A DNA stretch of 64,000 nucleotides from Eledone cirrhosa (taxonomy: Eukaryota). Under the pieces are notes generated by a model. The model ran no database searches, was not told the origin of the DNA, and saw nothing but the letters and a program-made list of their open reading frames with translations. Of this stretch, positions 61,068 through 64,000 are shown one piece after another. The DNA lies in contig CAXHJY010001232.1 in assembly GCA_964016885.1 (NCBI GenBank), forward strand, positions 113,704 through 177,703, read 5' to 3'. How positions within the stretch are numbered: the first letter of the stretch is position 1; each line of letters opens with the position of its first letter. The translations under genes were made by a program, and so were the position numbers.

Positions 61068-64000
61068 GATAGCAACTAACAGTGCTGCGATCGAATGTGG
61101 CTTTTTAGCCCAGCCAATGATCTAAAATGTCTTGCACAGAGTCGGCAACCAAAACATTTACTGGGAATAGTCGGCTGTGGTTGGAGTTCGTGTACTTTTG
61201 CATGTCGCTTGAGTCCTCCTGCTGATTTACATTCTCTACCACATGTTTGGCAAGCATGATGAGTAGCATCTCCAACAGCAGCCTGGTAGTCAACCACTGG
61301 TCTTACTTTATGACTGCGAAGATGACTTTCGAGTCTAGCTTTGCTTAGGCAGAGTCTCGCACAGACGCTGCATGTCAGAAACATAGGAGGACCCTCGCCG
61401 TCTGGAAGTGCAACAGCAATACCCTTCCTCACGTCCCGCTTTACTTTCTCGTGTGCGATTCGAGATGCCTCAAAGGCAACTTTTCCCTCATATACAGTCT
61501 TTCTCCATTTATTACGATCAGCAGCAATATTTTCCCATGTATCAGCAGAGATGTTAGCGTCTTTCAGAGAGGCTTTCAAGGAATCCTTATACCTCTTTTT
61601 TGGTTTATGTGGCGGTCGTTTTCCTTTAACCAACTCTCCATAGAAGAGTTGTTTTGGTATTCTAGAATCCTTCATCCTGGCAAGGTGACCACTCCAACGG
61701 AGTCGCTGCTTAAGCACAAGAGCTTCTATACTGTCACACATAGAGCTTTCCAAAATCTCGACATCACTGATGTGGTCCCTCCAGCGAACGCCATGTATCC
61801 GTCTGAGACACATCTGATGGAAACGCTCCAATTGCTTAAGGTGGCGTCGATATGTGACCCAGGTCTCGCAGGCATAAAGAAGACAAGAGAGTACACATGC
61901 CCTGTACACCCTTACCTTTGTCCTCCTGCATATGTCTCGCCGACCCCAGAGTCGCCTTTCTAGCTTTCCGAAAGCATCACTTGCTTTCCTAATCCTAAGT
62001 GAGATTTCACTGTCAAGGTTGCCGTATCGATTGACAGTGCTTCCCAGGTAGACAAACTGATCAACCACTCCAAGTCGTTTGCCATACACATAGATGTTTG
62101 GTTCAGTGTACTGCCTACCAGGTGCAGGTTGGTACATGACGACGGTTTTCTTGAGACTGACAGTCAAACCCAGGCAGTGCAAGCGTCAGAAAATACATTC
62201 AAAATGTGCTGCATATCACTCTCTGTGTGCGCTACAAGATCGCAATCATCTGCATACAAGAGGTCTCTTATGACTGATGTAAATACTTTTGTCTTCGCAG
62301 CAAAGCGCCTGATGTTAAATATGCTGCCTGAGGTTCGATATCGGATTGTAAACACCATGCTCGCAATTCCTGAATGCAACACAGAAAACCATTGCAAAGT
62401 ATATGGCAAACAGGGTCGGTGCTGGAATATCCCCTGTTTCACTCCATTTTTTACTGAGATAGGCTCCGACATGTTACCTCCGACATTAACCCAAGCCTTC
62501 ATGTCGTCATGGAAAGACCTAACTAAAGCAAGGAACTTATCAGGGCAACCAAGTTTCTGGAGAACCTTCCATAATGCATCTCTGTTGACAGTATCGAAAG
62601 CCTTTGTCAGATCGACAAAAACCTGATACAGATCCAAGCCCTGTTCAATGCACTTCTCCTGGAGCTGTCTAGCTGAGAAGATCATATCAGTAGTGCCGCG
62701 TCCACACGAAAACCAGATTGACTTTCAGAAGGACACAATCTGCAATGTGTGTCAGCAGACGGTCCAGAAGCACCCTACATAAACTTTCCCCACGACAGAA
62801 AGCAATGATATACCTCTGTAGTTCCCACAATCATTCCTGATACCCATTACTCCCTTGTACAAGACCACCATTACTGCATCTCTCCAGTCCTCAGGCACGG
62901 ATTCATTAGCCCATATCCTCCAAACAGAGAGTGAAGATGTTGCAGGAGTCTCTCACCACCATATTGTAGGAGCTCAGCATGTATGCCATCCATACCTGGA
63001 GATCTTCCACTGTTACAGCTTCGAAATAGCCACTGCAACCTCCACAAGTGTCGGAGGTTCTGCGAGAGCTACTTTCACAGGACTTTCCGGAATGAGATTG
63101 AGGAAATCTTCACTGACGACAGACGGCTGATTCAAAAGATCATCAAAGTGCTCTCCGCCACCTTCGTAGAATTCCCTGTGAGTCACGAAGAAGTTCTTTG
63201 CCATCCTTGCTGCGAATCGGTGTCACCAGAGAAGAAGACGGTCCATAAACCTCACGCAAGAGACTGTACAACAGCTTTGTGTTATTGCAATCAGACGCAG
63301 TTTGTATCTCACCAGCCTTCTCACTCCACCACTGATCCTTCATCTGAGAAAGACTCCGCCTAACACGTGATTTTACATCCCTGAGCTCCTCATGCAACGT
63401 ATTCCTCTCCTGTGGTTTTGCCGTCAAGTAGCGTGACAGAGCGCGCCTCTTATCAGCAACAAGTCATCTATATGCACATCTTTCTCATTAAACCAGTCCT
63501 GATGTTTTCTCTGCACCAATCCCAGAACACGTCTGCCTACATCATAAACCGACTTTTTAAGGGTCGGCCAATCCTCACCAAGATCTGCAGCCTGCATCTC
63601 TTCTTCCAATGTCCTCTTCACATTTTTATCCTTAAGACGAGCAGCATTCAATCTTTTGGGCAGGGTAACACAGGAGCCCGGATTTTACGTTTGGTGATTA
63701 GATTCACTTTTGCGCGTACCAGGCGGTGGTCCGTCCAGCACTCAGCTCCACGAAGAACACGAACACACCGCACATCCTGTCTGTCACGCATCCTGACTAG
63801 GACGTAGTCCAAAAGAATGCCATTCCTTAGATGCAGGATGCATCCATGTGGTCTTGAATTTGTTCTTTTGTTGGAACATGGTGTTGGTAACACACAGATC
63901 CAGCTCCTCACACATCTGCAGCAAGAGCATACCATTGCTGTTACACTTTCCCACCCCATGCCTTCCGATTACATTCCATGTGTTAAATCCCTACCCACTC
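60585..64000 (-). mobile_element. RTE (BovB-like) LINE, frameshifted, continues past the window end
   Basis: LDYVLV, TDH, FVDLTKAFDTV, GVKQG, LYADD, three C-terminal C2H2 fingers, and a microsatellite-rich 3' UTR. Confidence 0.9.

Overview
Eukaryotic, gene-free repeat DNA. The SINE families resemble those I recall from octopod cephalopod genomes (recollection, not a database result). I found no host exon, rRNA, tRNA or CRISPR array. The window is a nest of retroelements sitting in long (TA)n/(TACA)n arrays: at least three Penelope-like element (PLE) lineages, three copies of a young CR1-group LINE (one full length), two RTE-group LINE families, RTE-derived and tRNA-derived SINEs, and a CRE fragment. 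It also holds a non-autonomous Helitron and decayed DNA transposon relics. The most notable signals read from the sequence are: (1) about 19 type I hammerhead ribozyme (HHR) motifs marking the ends of PLEs and ORF-less elements, several with a compensatory U3:A8 core (TTGAxAA); (2) a 540-bp tandem HHR repeat that looks like a retrozyme; (3) a full-length LINE whose Myb-like plus CCCH ORF1 joins the ORF2 frame through a U_UUU_UUA slippery site; (4) an RTE LINE split at one codon, with its 5' half inverted (twin-priming signature); (5) recurrent fold-back hairpins at PLE 5' junctions. The long YI/HT/CV ORFs in the track are microsatellite artefacts. Boundaries were read by eye and are approximate.
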